Shown piece after piece: positions 24,771 to 37,929 of a DNA stretch of 64,000 nt. This stretch comes from Zootoca vivipara. Lineage: Eukaryota. The position numbers and the translations under genes are program-made. Under the pieces are notes generated by a model. That model saw only the letters and a list, made by a program, of their open reading frames with translations, was not told where the DNA came from and made no database searches. The stretch lies in assembly GCF_963506605.1 (NCBI RefSeq), contig NC_083288.1, forward strand, positions 28,520,001 to 28,584,000, in the 5' to 3' direction. Position 1 is the stretch's first letter, and each line of letters starts with the position of its first letter.

Positions 24771-25307
24771 ACTGCAAGAGAACTTCTTCTCTTTCCCATA
24801 CAGAGTTACTCCCCATTATGTACCTGTGAGGCTCAATTTCTCCTCTCTTTGATGGTGAAAAACCAGGAAGTAAAGAAAGGGATAAAGACTTGCTAAAATT
24901 AGAAGTGCAAGAGAAATTCCCAAATACTGCAGGGTAGCATCAAGATTCACCTGAAGAATAAACACCCTCCTGTAATCATATTGACTCTATATATCACTGT
25001 GGAAGTAAATACTTTATCCAGTCACTGATTACAATGAAACCATCAACCACTTGAGACAGCAAGGATGATGCAATAACACAACAAATATTCCCATGGTGGG
25101 AAGCCAAAATGGAGTGTAATTTAAAAGACTGAAACTAGCAGGTGAATTAACAATCCCATAGGGAATATGATATTCAGATTTCATTGTTTTTATTTGAAAT
25201 CTCAAAGGTTTTTGAGCTAGCGCTATAGGATTTTGGTTTCCTTCAGTTGGGAGACCACTAGACCACTAAAGGCTCACAAAATATATCTCACTCATTCTTC
25301 CACACTG

Positions 25308-25309
<2 letters not shown>

Positions 25310-25360
<51 letters not shown>
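25310..25360. repeat. (CT)n(CA)n compound microsatellite
   Basis: Direct observation. Confidence 0.95.
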
Positions 25361-25362
<2 letters not shown>

Positions 25363-25720
25363 GTAGCCCAACTCCCTGTAATAGCAAACTTAGCTGGTGA
25401 GTTCAACAAGGATTGTTGCTAAGCAGGACCACTGTAAACTTCCTGCCACAGTAATAAGAGTTTTCAGATGACCCTTCTCCTCTTTCACCCATTTCTTAAA
25501 ATCTCACAAGAGCTTGGTTTAATCAGATTTACCTGACAGACACCAGGACTGGAGAATTAAGAATCACTTATTCTGATCTTCACCAGCAATTAACCATTGC
25601 ACTAGGGAATAACAGCTTAATATTCAGCTATCCATTTTCAACATAGTTTTTGCTGGGCTTTGCCTCACACCCCTATCACCTTACCTTCCCTATTGATTTT
25701 GCCTCTGTGTATACAACACA

Positions 25721-25853
25721 CTAGCTCACTTGGTAGAGCATGAGACTCTTAATCTCAGGGTTGTGGGTTTGAGCCCCACATTGGGCAAAAGATTCCTGCA
25801 TTGCAGGAGTTTGGACTAGATGATCCTCGTAGTCCCTACCAATTCCATTATTC
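25721..25853 (+). mobile_element. tRNA-Lys(CTT)-derived SINE with CR1-type tail
   Basis: CTAGCTCA.TTGGTAGAGCATGAGACTCTTAATCTCAGGG.TGTGGGTT.GAGCCCCAC.TTGGGC plus the same tail as 22772. Confidence 0.82.
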
Positions 25854-26033
25854 CTCTCCAGAAGATATCCCGCAAGACAGTGAAGGTTTAGGATCAGAAT
25901 TTTCCTTCTCCTAGCTGGACTACCTTTCCATCTTTTCCCAAAGATATCCTGCAAGGCAGCAGAGATTTAGGATAAATGTTTTCCTTCTTCTAGTGTTTAA
26001 ATTGCTCCTGTAGGTTGGAATTTTTGTTTCATT

Positions 26034-26340
26034 GGGTAAAGGTAAAGGACTCCTGACAGTTAAGTCCAGTCGCAAACGACTCAGGTGTTGTGGCGCTCAT
26101 CTCGCTTTACTGGCCGAGGGAGCCGACGTTTGTCCGCAGACAGTTTTTTTTCCAGGTCACATTGACAGCATGACTAAGCCGCTTCTGGTGAAACCAGAGC
26201 AGCGCACAGAAATGCCATTTACCTTCCCACCTATTTATCTCCTTGCACTTTGACATGCTTTCGAACTGCTAGGTTGGCAGGAGCTGGGACCGAGCAACGG
26301 GAGCTCACTCCGTTGCGGGGATTCGAACCGCCGACCTTCC
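26034..26340 (-). mobile_element. Sauria SINE, 5'-truncated
   Basis: GGTAAAGGTAAAGGAC...GGGATTCGAACCGCCGACCTTC. Confidence 0.88.
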
Positions 26341-26730
26341 GTGGGTAGTTAAACCTTAATCTGTCCCTTTTTCCTTTTCATTTCTTGTATTAAATCATAC
26401 TTAAATTTTAAGTAAATAAATTTGGATCATGGAGCTCTGTGTGCAACCAGGTATCATCCAGTGCTATGACCATCTCTGTTGTGGCCTCATGGTTGCAGAA
26501 TCATCTCCACACAATCTCCTCACTCTTTACCAGTTTTCAGGTGGAACCTAAAGCCTTCGTTCTACCTCCTGCACTTTTCCATAATGATATGATACTGTGC
26601 CATCTCCTCTTTATATAGATTTTAAAATGGAATATCTTGTATTTATGGCTAATATGCTAATAGCTAATATGCTATTTCACAGTTAATATGCTAATATGCT
26701 ATTGCACAGTCATAGCTAATATGCTATTGC

Positions 26731-27125
26731 ACAGTCAGGCGGAGTCCCCCCCCCCCAGTCCCCAGGGCAGCCCCGAGCGGAATAATGGCACAAGACCACA
26801 TTTTATGGGATTAAAATTGGCCACTTTATTAAAATTCAGATGTAGGAAAACCTTGGCACAGGCATTGGGCGTATTTCCCTCCCAGCCCCCAGCCGGGGGT
26901 GGGGTGATCTTCAGGGTTGTCCAGCATGTGTGGGGGTTGGGCTAACTCTGGAGAACATATGTTCAAGCAGGTAGCCCTCGATCGCCGCCGCTGGAAGGGG
27001 AGGGCAATAACAGCCAATTGGCACCGCCAAATGCCCCCCCGGTGCCCCGTTTACGGTAACCCTGTTATCGCTGCCGCAATAGGGGTGGGGTCACCGCCCC
27101 CACACCCTCCCCCTTATGTAAATGA
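26731..27125 (-). mobile_element. Fragment of GC-rich repeat (possible DIRS/Ngaro derivative)
   Basis: Closely similar to 59866-60275; minus-strand AATAAAGT(TGT)GGCC; no TSD seen. Confidence 0.5.
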
Positions 27126-27828
27126 CATAAAGTTAAATATTAAATGTTCATAGTTAAATGTTGTTGTTCTCCAGCAGCTATCATTTGACTGATTAACCCT
27201 AGATTGCAAATTGAATTGCAAATTGGCCACCTTGGAAATGTGGTGGCTGAGTCATTGTTCTCAGGCTCTGTGAGAGTGGGGTGCCTCTCCAGGAGCTCAA
27301 CAGACTTAGGGGTTAATGTAGCCTGTATAAGAGAGAGCTATGCTTGTCAGCTCTAATTTTAATTTATTTTATTTCTAAGAAGATGCTGAGCCTATGTCTT
27401 ATGGAACTGTTTGGATATATCATTTACTGGTTTTTGTTTTGTTTTGAAGAAAGTTCTGCAAGTAAAATTAAGAATTTTAAAAAATGGGTCTAGACACCCT
27501 TCACCCTGCCACCTCTCCACTTCCTCTCCTGTTTGCTAACTCTCCCCTCTCAGGAAAGTTTCATATGGAGAGAGGTGGTCCTTGATGTATTGTGGTAATG
27601 AAGGGCTTAGAAGGGAATGTGGCCCAGGGGCCAGGAAAAAGGTCCCCACCTTTATACTAGATGGCGTCTTTGAGGATGTGATCAGTTTCCTTCAAGTGTT
27701 TTCTTTATAGCATGAGTTGAAAAACCTCCAGACATAAATACCTCTTCATTTGGGCCACCATTCTCACTTTCATGGCTTGGCAAATATGATATCATGATGC
27801 CAGATCTGGGGAGACTAAAGTCACCACT

Positions 27829-28131
27829 GGCCCCAGTATACCTGAAGGAGTGTTTCCACCCCCATCATTCTGCCCGGACACTGAGGTCTAGCACCGAGGG
27901 CCTTCTGGCGGTTCCCTCACTGTGAAAAGTGAAGTTACGCAGAACCAGGCAGAGGGCCTTCTTGATAGTGGTGCCCACCCTGTGGAATACCCTTCCATCA
28001 GATGTCAAAGAAATAAACAACTACCTGAATTTTAAAAGACACCTGAAGGCAGCCCTGTTGAGGGAAGTTTTTTAATGTTTGAAGTTTTATTCTGTTTTGA
28101 AAGCCGCCCAGAGTGCGTGGGGTATAAATAA

Positions 28132-28180
<49 letters not shown>
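27829..28180 (+). mobile_element. L2 3' fragment with (TAT)n tail
   Basis: Homologous to 7433-7813. Confidence 0.85.
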
Positions 28181-28429
28181 GCCAAAAATGTATTTGCAGA
28201 TACCTCCAGTCAGAAGATTGGCAGTGCAAGGCACTATACTTTCCCCAATGCTCTTCAACATTTCTATGAAGTCATTGAGATTTGTCAGTGGTAATACCAG
28301 TGGTATGGAATGCCCTTCCTGCTGAAATATGAGACACTCAATGTCTATTGGCATTCTGCCATCTTTTTGATCTCTCTACCTGAGCTGCCTATCTTAACTG
28401 TTTTGTAGTTTAATTTGATTGTTTTATAT

Positions 28430-28743
28430 CAGGCATGTCCAACAGGTAGATCGTGATCTACCGGTAGATCATTGGATGTCTGCAGTAGATCACTGGTAGA
28501 TCATTGGCTCCCCCCAAAGAAGCTGAACAACTGTGGCTCCCCTTAAAAAAGCTCAACATTTTACCTCCTCCCTGAAAAAACTCAACAACTTTGACCTGAA
28601 CCCTCCCCCCAAAAAAATTGGTCTCCCTCCTTCCTAAAAAAAGTTCAACAACTTTGACCTGAACCACGAGGGAAGGGATAGATCACTGCCAGTTTTTAAC
28701 TCTGTGAGTAGCATCGCAGTCTCTTGGGAGTTGGCCACCCCTG
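28430..28743. mobile_element. hAT-type non-autonomous DNA transposon
   Basis: CAGGCATGTCCAAC...GTTGGCCACCCCTG termini; 8-bp TSD TTTTATAT. Confidence 0.82.
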
Positions 28744-29059
28744 TTTTATATTATATTATGTTTATGGATGTTTACATTTTACTATTTGAGTTACTGGTTT
28801 TAGAACTCTCTAAAATTGCACAATTCATATATTTTAAATGAGGATGGGGATAAGGATTCCCCTCGGCTGACTCTGATAGACTTCTTACAAACCACAGACT
28901 CCAGCTTGGCCACAGTGCTGTCCAACAGATGTTCCATCCTTATCACTTGGCAGCAAATATCCATCAAACTATGATGGATCTAATTCGGTTTAGCCCTCCA
29001 TGCACATAAAGTTATGAGGATTTATGATTCCTATCTCATTGCCACACTTTCACAACATC

Positions 29060-29360
29060 CACTGGCAAAGTCATAATTGGAGTTGCATCATCTGTTTACA
29101 AAGGGAATATGTACTCCCCCTGCCCCCGAAGAGCAATTTAAGCGCAGTTCTTCTTGAATACTCAAGAGGTTGTTTTTCATATTAATCCCTTGTGCCCATT
29201 CCCTACCTTTTAATCCCTCTTGATGGAAAACATGTTAGTGTGAGATGCAGTCATGTAACACATGCAAGAAAAGCGTAATGTGGTCATCACAGCTGAGGAA
29301 ACGAATCATTAAATTATTCTGTCTTGGTTCTATCTGATGGTCAAGAGGAAAGGTAGATTT
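29060..29360 (+). promoter_or_regulatory. Conserved OR upstream block (promoter / 5'-UTR exon); copies at ~36570-36850, ~46400-46660 and truncated at ~53575-53663
   Basis: Shared GAAGAGCAATTTAAG..CTCAAGAGG..AT-CCCTTGTG; homeodomain-like TAAT and O/E-like motifs; candidate splice donors near 29353 and 30471. Confidence 0.55.
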
Positions 29361-31198
29361 TTTTTTCTTCTCAAATCCTATCTCTGTTTTTCACTAGATG
29401 TCTTAAGATTTCACATTCCTTACAGAACAATTCTAGGAAAGCAAATCACTCAAAGGGGAGGTTTTCTATATCTCTCTTTGTCTTTCAGTGTTCCAGTTGT
29501 CTTTCCTCTGTGAGCCTAGGCCATTGTTTCTATTATTTGCTAAAGATTTACAATAAAGACCTATAAATGCCTACTCAGAATTAAGTCTCATTAAGTTGAA
29601 TGACACTCTCAAGAAAGTTGGTGTATAGTTTCTACCTTTGGCAACACAGAGATGGGCACTGATTTCAGTGAGCTTAACCATGCCTATGTTGAGGTGTAGC
29701 CCATAGAACATTTGTACACCAGATGTATTTTCTTAATGATGCTCTCATGTATCTCACATTTTCACATTACATGTCATAGAGATTTTGTTTTTTGGATTTC
29801 GCTTGAAATTCTTCAGACATTTCTCCTTTGCAGAAACACCCAAATTGGTCTCAAATGTCACATTGCACAACATTTTCATAAGAACTATATTGGACATTGA
29901 TAAATGAACTAGAAATGTTTTGGAGGACCTGTGGTCATTCAGGGTTCCACTGCAGAAGGCCAATTTTCTTTATTTAATTCAATATGCTATAATTTGAGAC
30001 TTCTTACATTTGTTCTCCATGCAATTACTTATCTATCACTTCTAAATGATCTTGCTCAGCTCAAAACATCTGCAGGATCTGATGCTCTTCTGCTTCCTTA
30101 GATCTTACTATTTGGCGTGAGCCCCTCTTTACAATGTGGTAGGAGCTACCTTGTACGGTGCAAAGTGGCAGAATGAAGTGTAAGAACATGTACATCAGGT
30201 CCATAACATACACCTTCCCTATGAATTTCTAAATCTGTTGAGATTGAGAGTGCCAGTTAGGAGGAAAGTCCCTTGTAATAAGTCTTTTCCACAAAGGGTG
30301 GGCAGAAGCCAGGCTTTTAAGATCTACTGATTTTTTTTCAATAAAGCCCCAAAAATTACCAACCACCATGCACATAAAGTAGAATAACAATTTTAAGCTA
30401 TTTTCAGTACCAGCAATGAAATGAGTTCATGCAAAAGTCAGGTTGACTGAAATTTTCTACCTCTTAGCAGGTGAATTTAATATTGGTGTATTCCTAAAGA
30501 ATTTGGAAATGGAAACTTTTACTGTTTGCCTACCCATGTTCTGCAAACTAGGAGCATATCACATAGAAGCTCCTCCATATTGTTAAAAGTGTGTGTGAAT
30601 GAAGTTATTTTGGTTGAATTTTGGTCCCCCTGAGATCAATGGAACATGCTAGCTTTGACTGAAATCTCTCCTTTTTTACAAAGGAAGTCTAAGGCAGCTA
30701 AATTATTTTGTATCCAATGCTATGAATATATTGGGTGGCACACTGACTTCTGTTCTTTCCATTGTAGTGAATGCAGAAGAGTTCATATGCTGCATAGTCT
30801 TGCTTGACTGGAGTCAGAGAACTAGATCACCGCCAAAGATGTGCAGCACACGATTTTTATGATATTGTTTCATCTGCTAAATATAAAGTATGTTGTTTAT
30901 TTAGTATATATGGCCTGCCATCAATAAATATTCTCTGACATGGGAAATACTGCTAACAAGTTGCTAAAGGTGAAATAAGGAGCCTCACAGCTAAGTCGAA
31001 ACCTTTAGCTGATTCTCCAGTCCAAACTATATCCATTATTCATTGTTCGTAATGATATACCACTCCATCAAGACTAACCATGGGAGAAATACTTGCATAT
31101 CTGAAGTGATTAAAAAAAAATCCTAGTAATACTTGAACGTTGGCATATTACACTTAAAGATACTATTAATTTAGCATTTTAATTTCAATACCAAAGCT

Positions 31199-32146
31199 AT
31201 GGAGAATTTTGACAGAGTCAATAGAACAGAAATAACCACTTTTACCCTTCTGGGATTTGGAAATGACCCCAAATTACAAATTCCATTCTTCATGGTATTC
31301 ATAATCATCTACACTATGACTGTGGTTGGAAACATCATAATCGTCACTCTGGTAGTCTCTGATCATCACCTTCATACTCCTATGTACTACTTCCTTGGAA
31401 ACCTGTCCTGCTTGGAGACCTGCTACACTTCAACTGTCCTCCCCAGGATGTTAGCCAGCTTCCTGACAGGGGATAGAACTATATCTGTTGGTGGCTGCTT
31501 TGCACAGTTTTTTTGGTTTGGAACCTTGGCAATTGCTGAATGCTATCTGTTGGCTGCCATGTCCTACGATCGCTATTTAGCCATATGTAAGCCCCTCCAC
31601 TATGCCACTCTTATGGATGGGAAACTCTGCTTTCTCTTGTCGGCTGGGTCCTGGCTCTGTGGGATTACAGTTATGACAATAGTAGTAAGTTTAATGTCAC
31701 AACTATATTACTGTGGTCCCAGTGAAATTGATCATTTCTTTTGTGAATTGGCACCTGTGATTAATCTCTCTTGCAGTGATACCACTACGGTGGCACTGGT
31801 GGGTCTCATAGTCTCAGTCATAGATGCTATTCCTTCTTGTCTCCTAACGCTGATGTCTTATGTGTGTATAATTGCCACCATCTTACGGATCCCATCTTCA
31901 ACAGGGAGGAAAAAGGCCTTTTCAACCTGTTCTTCCCACCTTATTGTGGTTTCTATATTTTATGGATCATTAATATTTGTATATGTGCTTCCAAAAAAGG
32001 AAGCTCTGCGGGAAGTGGACAAAATCTTTTCAGTCTTCTACACAGTCTTAACCCCTCTAATCAATCCCCTTATCTACAGCCTCAGGAACAAAGAGGTGAA
32101 AGAAGCTTTAAGGAGGGTCATAAGCAAATGCAGGGTTTTAACATAA
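31199..32146 (+). CDS. Olfactory receptor (OR11A-like paralog A), 315 aa
   Basis: LHTPMYYFL, MSYDRYLAICKPLHY, KAFSTCSSHL, NPLIYSLRNKEVK. Confidence 0.95.
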   Translation: MENFDRVNRTEITTFTLLGFGNDPKLQIPFFMVFIIIYTMTVVGNIIIVTLVVSDHHLHTPMYYFLGNLSCLETCYTSTVLPRMLASFLTGDRTISVGGCFAQFFWFGTLAIAECYLLAAMSYDRYLAICKPLHYATLMDGKLCFLLSAGSWLCGITVMTIVVSLMSQLYYCGPSEIDHFFCELAPVINLSCSDTTTVALVGLIVSVIDAIPSCLLTLMSYVCIIATILRIPSSTGRKKAFSTCSSHLIVVSIFYGSLIFVYVLPKKEALREVDKIFSVFYTVLTPLINPLIYSLRNKEVKEALRRVISKCRVLT

Positions 32147-34514
32147 TTTGCACTATTAGCCAAAATATGTCTTAAAATGACCTTGTGAATGGGCAGGCTC
32201 CTGCAGAGAAGCTAATGCTTGCTCTGCTCCTAGCCAAGAGAAAAGGAGTGGGTGCAAGATGGGTGGTTGTATCTTAAGACATCTGATCTACCTAACATGC
32301 TCTTTCCGACATTCTGAGTATTCATGGAGAGCATATTCTCTGTGATGGGGAACGGTTGTGCTGATACTCAGAATGGGTGCTCTGAGGAACTGATAAAAAG
32401 TGACGATCTGATTTCAGTCAACTTTCATCTGTCCTTTGTCAACTTCCACCCAATTATCTTGAAGAACTGTTTAATGTGGCAAGGATTGACAAAATATCTT
32501 CATGGAGGGTCAAGGAGAAAGAGGGAGAGATTATTGGCTCAACACAGAGTGACTTTCTGACTGAAACTTTCAGCAGAAACAAATAGGATTTTTGCTTTTG
32601 TTTCCTTTCAATATTGTTGTTGGAACATTTCCTGATAGTTTCCACTGAATTGGGTTATATACATCAAGTCATTGTGATGTTTCATCCTGGTTTGTGTCAA
32701 ACCAGCTAGCATTACAAGCCAAGCCATACATGAAATATGCAATAATTTTCTTATACTTGTAAACAGTGCTTTTGCTATGTCTTTCCATTGAATAAAACAC
32801 TGTAAACCATGTATGTCGTTGTAATGGATTGCTTTGAAGTCATTCCAGCACCGGGAGCGGGGGGGGGGGATCAATCCTGTCCTGTATTTTGTCAAAACAA
32901 AGGAAGCTATGAGGAAGCTAACTGGTGTTATTTCTAGCCCTTGCAAAATTCTTGTATTTACCGGTATGAGTTTGCTCAAATTCTAACCCTTTACTGAATC
33001 TATTGATTTGGCAGGCTCCCACTTCCTTATTTAGCACACATTGCTTGCCATCAATAAATATTCTCTGTTCTAGGAGCTATTGAGTTGCCAAAGGTGACAC
33101 AAGCAGTTTCAGAACTGAGCTGTAATATTCAGTAGATTCTCCAATCAAAACTATATGCACAATTCATTCTTCATGAAGAGGTATCACTCCATCATCCACA
33201 AGAGGTCTGGAAGGTGGCAATAAAAGAATGGGCCTTTTTTGTGGTTGCTCCCTCTTTTTGGAATACTCTCACCAAGGAGACTTGCCTAGTGCCTCTACTA
33301 TATATCTTTAAGCATCAGGCAAAAGACTTCTCTATAACTAGGTCTTTGACTAACAGTCTATGGCCTTTTAAATGTGTTTGTGGGAGTGGGGTTTATTAGT
33401 TTTTCCCCCTTTTCATTTGTTTTATTATGTATTTTGTGCTCTCATTTTGTATTTTATTCATTTTTGTATTTTTATGAACCACCCTGTGATAAAGGCTGGT
33501 ATATAAATTTAATCAATCAATCAACTGAATCAGATGACACTCTGCAAGTGGTGAACCTTTGAGTAACGTTTGTCCTTACATGATGTTTTGGGAAACCAGC
33601 ACTATGTACCGGTAATCATCTTCTGTGAAGTTTGGTTTGTAAGTAGGTCAGACTGCAAGATCTCTCATTGGCTTTCGTGGCTGAACCCCCCACAGCAAAA
33701 GATCATTTGTGAAGCTTAGAAGGGAATGTGGTTCTTGAGCTGAAAAGGGTTCTGCATCACTATAACAGTATCAGTATGTATCAGTTCCTTCCAGTGTTTT
33801 CTTCTCTAAAAAGTGTCCTCATTTGGCCTACCACTTCCACTTCCAAGGCATGGGAAGTATGGCACCATGATGCCAGATGTGGGGAAGCTAAAGTTTCCAC
33901 AAAAATGTGTTTGCACATACTGTTGATCAGCAGATCAGCATTGGGGTGCTGCAAGGTACTATTCCCCCCTCCCCCCAATGTTATTCAACATTTCTATGAA
34001 CTCATCAAGATTTTTCAGTTGGTAGCACTGGTGTTATAGAATGCACTGGTGTTATTAAAAGCACTTCCTGTTGAAATATGAGAGGCTCCATCTCTATGGG
34101 CCTTGTGCCAACTTTTTCCATCTCTCTACCTGCCATGGACTGGTTGGACACAGAGAATGGGAGGAACCAGCTGGAGAACCACCAAGGGAAGAAGGCCCAA
34201 AGCCCGGGAAGTGCACGCAGGGGAGGACAGAGACCAAGAGGCAGAGATGAGTCAGGCTGGTGAATAGTCATGGGTGTCTCCCCCTCCTGCTGTGACCAGC
34301 TCCTCTCCCTGCTGGTCTCCCAGAATGAGTAGAGGTATGAACAGGGTGGAGGAGATGTTGGTTTCACACAGGCTCAGTCTCTAATTGCTTGGGAAAATCC
34401 CTGGAAAGGAGGGGACTTAGAGGGCTTTGGGGAGACAATGACTTTCAGTCTTGGCAACTGATCCATGGGACAAGACCTATAGGGATGAGCTGCTGTGCTT
34501 ATGGCAAGTCTGGC

Positions 34515-35087
34515 AGTTAATGGATCAAAACTGAATTGCAACAAGACAGGGATACTGTTTCTGGGGGACAGGAGGCATGCAGGCGTGGGGGACTCCCTGC
34601 TCCTGAATGGTTTAATTGTGCTCCTAAAGGACCCAGGTGCACAGTCTGGATATCATTTTAGACTCACAGCTATCTATGGAGGTGCAGGTCAACTCTGTGC
34701 CCAGGGCAGCTATCTACCAACTTCATCTGGTATGCTGGCTGAGACCTCACCTTCCTGCCCACTGCCTCTTCAGAGTGGTGCATGCTCTGATTCTCTCCCA
34801 ATTGGACTACTGCAATGCACTCTATGTGGGCTACCTTTGATGGCGACTCAGAAACTACAATGAATACAGAATGCGGTTGCTAGGCTACTGACTGGGAGTG
34901 GCCACCACAACCATATAACACTGGTCCTAAAAGTTCTACATTGCCTCCCAGTATGTTTCCAAGCACAATTCAAGGTGTTGGTGTTGACCGTTAAAGCCCT
35001 AAACAGCTTTAACCCTGCATATTTGAAGGAGCAGCTCCACCCCACTGTTCAACCCAGGCAGCTCCAAGATCCAGCTCCAAGGGATTT
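34515..35087 (+). mobile_element. L2 fragment (its 3' tail continues at ~36203-36270 beyond an L1 insertion)
   Basis: [14 protein letters not shown]...LDYCNALY, homologous to ~6950-7480. Confidence 0.85.
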
Positions 35088-35101
35088 TATCCTGTATTTT
35101 T

Positions 35102-36188
35102 TTTTAGAGTAAATTTTATTCCGTTTTCCAAATTTAACAAATTAAAAAAAACAATCTTTTATACAAAGCATCTTATATTTTCATCTTTTACCTTGCTCCG
35201 CCGAGCTATGACTTCCCCCCCTCCCTTCATACGGGTTTCTTATTAATTCTCTTTTTTGCAGTTCCTTTTTGACTTATTGGTCAATTCGTAGGATTTATTT
35301 CAATCCTGCAAGAGTTTTTAACGATCTACAGTTTTTCTCCATATAGTCCACATATTTACTCCAGTCCTTTTGAAACCTTGTCTCCCCCTGGTCACGGATC
35401 TTGCAAGTCAATCTAGCAAGTTCAGCATAGTCCATCATTTTTGTCTGCCACTCCTGTAGTTTCCTGTAGTTTCCATTTTTGGGCTAGCAAAGTCCTAGCC
35501 GCGGTTGTTGCATACATAAACAGTATTTGATCTTCTTTTCTAATCTCTCCTCCCATTATTCCTAACAAAAATGCTTCCGGTTTTTTTGGGAAAGTATATC
35601 TAAACATCTTTTTCAATTCATTATATAACATTTCCCAAAATCTTTTGACTTTTTCGCATGTCCACCACATATGATAAAATTCACCATCTCTCTCCTTACA
35701 TTTCCAGCATACTTTATCACTCATTCTATACATTTTAGCTAATTTAACTGGGGTTAAATACCATCTATACATCATCTTATATACATTTTCTTTTAAGGTA
35801 GTACATGCTGTAAATCTTAAGGTTTGATTCCATAGTTTCAACCACGCGTCATATTCAATATTATGCCCACAGTCCTTTGCCCCTTTAATCATCACCTCTT
35901 TTGTTAACTCATCTTTTGTATACCACTCTAGCAACAGATCATACATTTTTGCCAAAAGCTTTGTTTTGCCTTCTAGCACTTCTGTTTGGAATTTGGATCT
36001 TTTGTCCTCAAAACCTATTTTTCTATCCTCTCTAAGCACGTCATTTATTTGATGATATTCTATCCATCCTGTTAATACTCCTTTGATTTCATCAAAAGGT
36101 TTTAAACTCCATCCTTTTTCAGTTTTTGTCAAGATTTCCTTGTATGTGGCCCGCCTCCTCTCCATGTTTACTTTCTTAACTGTTAATA
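35102..36188 (-). mobile_element. L1/Tx1-type LINE, 5'-truncated
   Basis: ORF2 C-terminus KMMYRWYLTP...CWKC...HMWWTC; poly-T on + strand; TSD TATCCTGTATTTTT (35088 / 36189). Confidence 0.9.
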
Positions 36189-37929
36189 TATCCTGTATTT
36201 TTGTTGGAAGCTGCCCAGGGTGGCTGGGATAACCCAGTCAGAGAGGTGGGGTATAGGAAATAAATAATTATATCATCATCACCACCACCACCATATGCAG
36301 GTTCTGTTAACCCCAACTTGCACAATCTGATTTATTACCAGCTTGCTCCTGCCCCCTACCTAAGCTGCCTTTCTTAACTGTCTTAACTCTGTTAGATCTC
36401 TTAAAAACCATAGAATCCAAGCCGGCCACAGTGCTATCCAATCAATGTTCCATCCCACCACTTGGCACCATATATCCATCAACTTATGATGGTTCAAACT
36501 AAGTTTAGCCATCTAAGCACATAAAGATCTGAAGATTCCTATCTCATTGCCATGCTTTCACAGCACCCATCAGCACAGTCATAATTAGAGTAGCATCATC
36601 TGTTTATGAAGGTAATGTGCACTTTCCCCACAGAAGAGCAATTTAAGCATAGTCCTTGGAAAACTCAAGAGGTTTTTCTTCATGCTAATCCCTTGTGCCC
36701 TTCATCACCTTTAAACCCTCTTCATGCAAAACATGTTAGCATGAGTTGCAGTCATGTTGAAGTGGCAAGACAACCTTAACGTGGCCACCACTGCTGAGGA
36801 AATAAATGACCAAGCTATTTTTCCTGATGGTAAAGAGGTAAGGTAAAATTTTATTATTTTTCTCAGAGCTTATCACTGTTATTGAGAGGGAGGATGTCAT
36901 TCAGGAGGAAAAACCCTTGTAAACAGCCCTTCCCCTGTAGTTATGACTGTTACCTTTACAGCAAGAGTGGGCAGACTCCAGGCTTTTAAGATCTATGTTT
37001 ATTCTTAATAGAAGCCCTGAATTTACCAAGCACAGCTAGCTGTAAATGCCATACAGACAGAATGGAGGAACAAGTCAAGGCTGTTTTCAGAACCAGAAAT
37101 GAAATGAGTTTACAGTCCATTAATACAATAGTCAAGGTTATCTACCTCTGAGCAGGTGAGTTTAATGCTGATGTTATTACTAAACAATTGGGAATCAGAA
37201 ACCATTAGCTTCACCTCACTCCTGCTTTGCAATGCAGGAGCATATGACAATGAAGTTCTTCCATTTTGTGGAAAGTATATGTGAATGAAGCCTCAGTGAG
37301 TAATAATTTTTGATATAGATTCAAGCTAAGTTAGATGAACTTTGGTCCCAATATAATAAATGGGACATGATAGTCCTGACTGAAATCTTCCCTTTATTTC
37401 AAAGGGAGTTTAATGCAGCTAAGATACTCTGTATCCAGTCCTGTGACTAAGTAGCTCAATGAGAACTGTTCCTTGCATTGTAGTGAATGAAGCATAGGAA
37501 TCATTAGAGCTCATATGTTTAATAGTCCTACTCAACTGTAGCCAGAGAATCAGACCCACAACTTGTTGCACAATATTATTCATTTATTGTTTATCTGCAA
37601 ACTGTAAGGTTTGTTATTTATTTAGTATATACTGTATAGCCAACCATCAATAAATATTCTCTGATCTAGTAGGGAATACTGAAAATGAGTTGCTGAAAGT
37701 GAAACAATAAGTTTCACAACTGAGTTGCAATCTTCAGCTGATTCTCCAATCCAACCTATATCCATGATTCATGATTCATAAAGATGCATCACTCCATTAA
37801 GACTATGGGAGAAATGCTTCCAATTTTTATTTGAAGTGATTTTTTAAAAAATAATAGCAATTCATGAATTTGGAACATTACACCTAAAGACACTATAATT
37901 TTGGCAATTTAATTTCAGTGACCATAGCT

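Noticed and set aside
25721-25786. tRNA-Lys(CTT) gene (and tRNA-Ile at 22772)
   Set aside because: Acceptor-stem 5' ends missing, CpG-decay mutations in the B box, and fused to a CR1-type tail: these are SINE heads.
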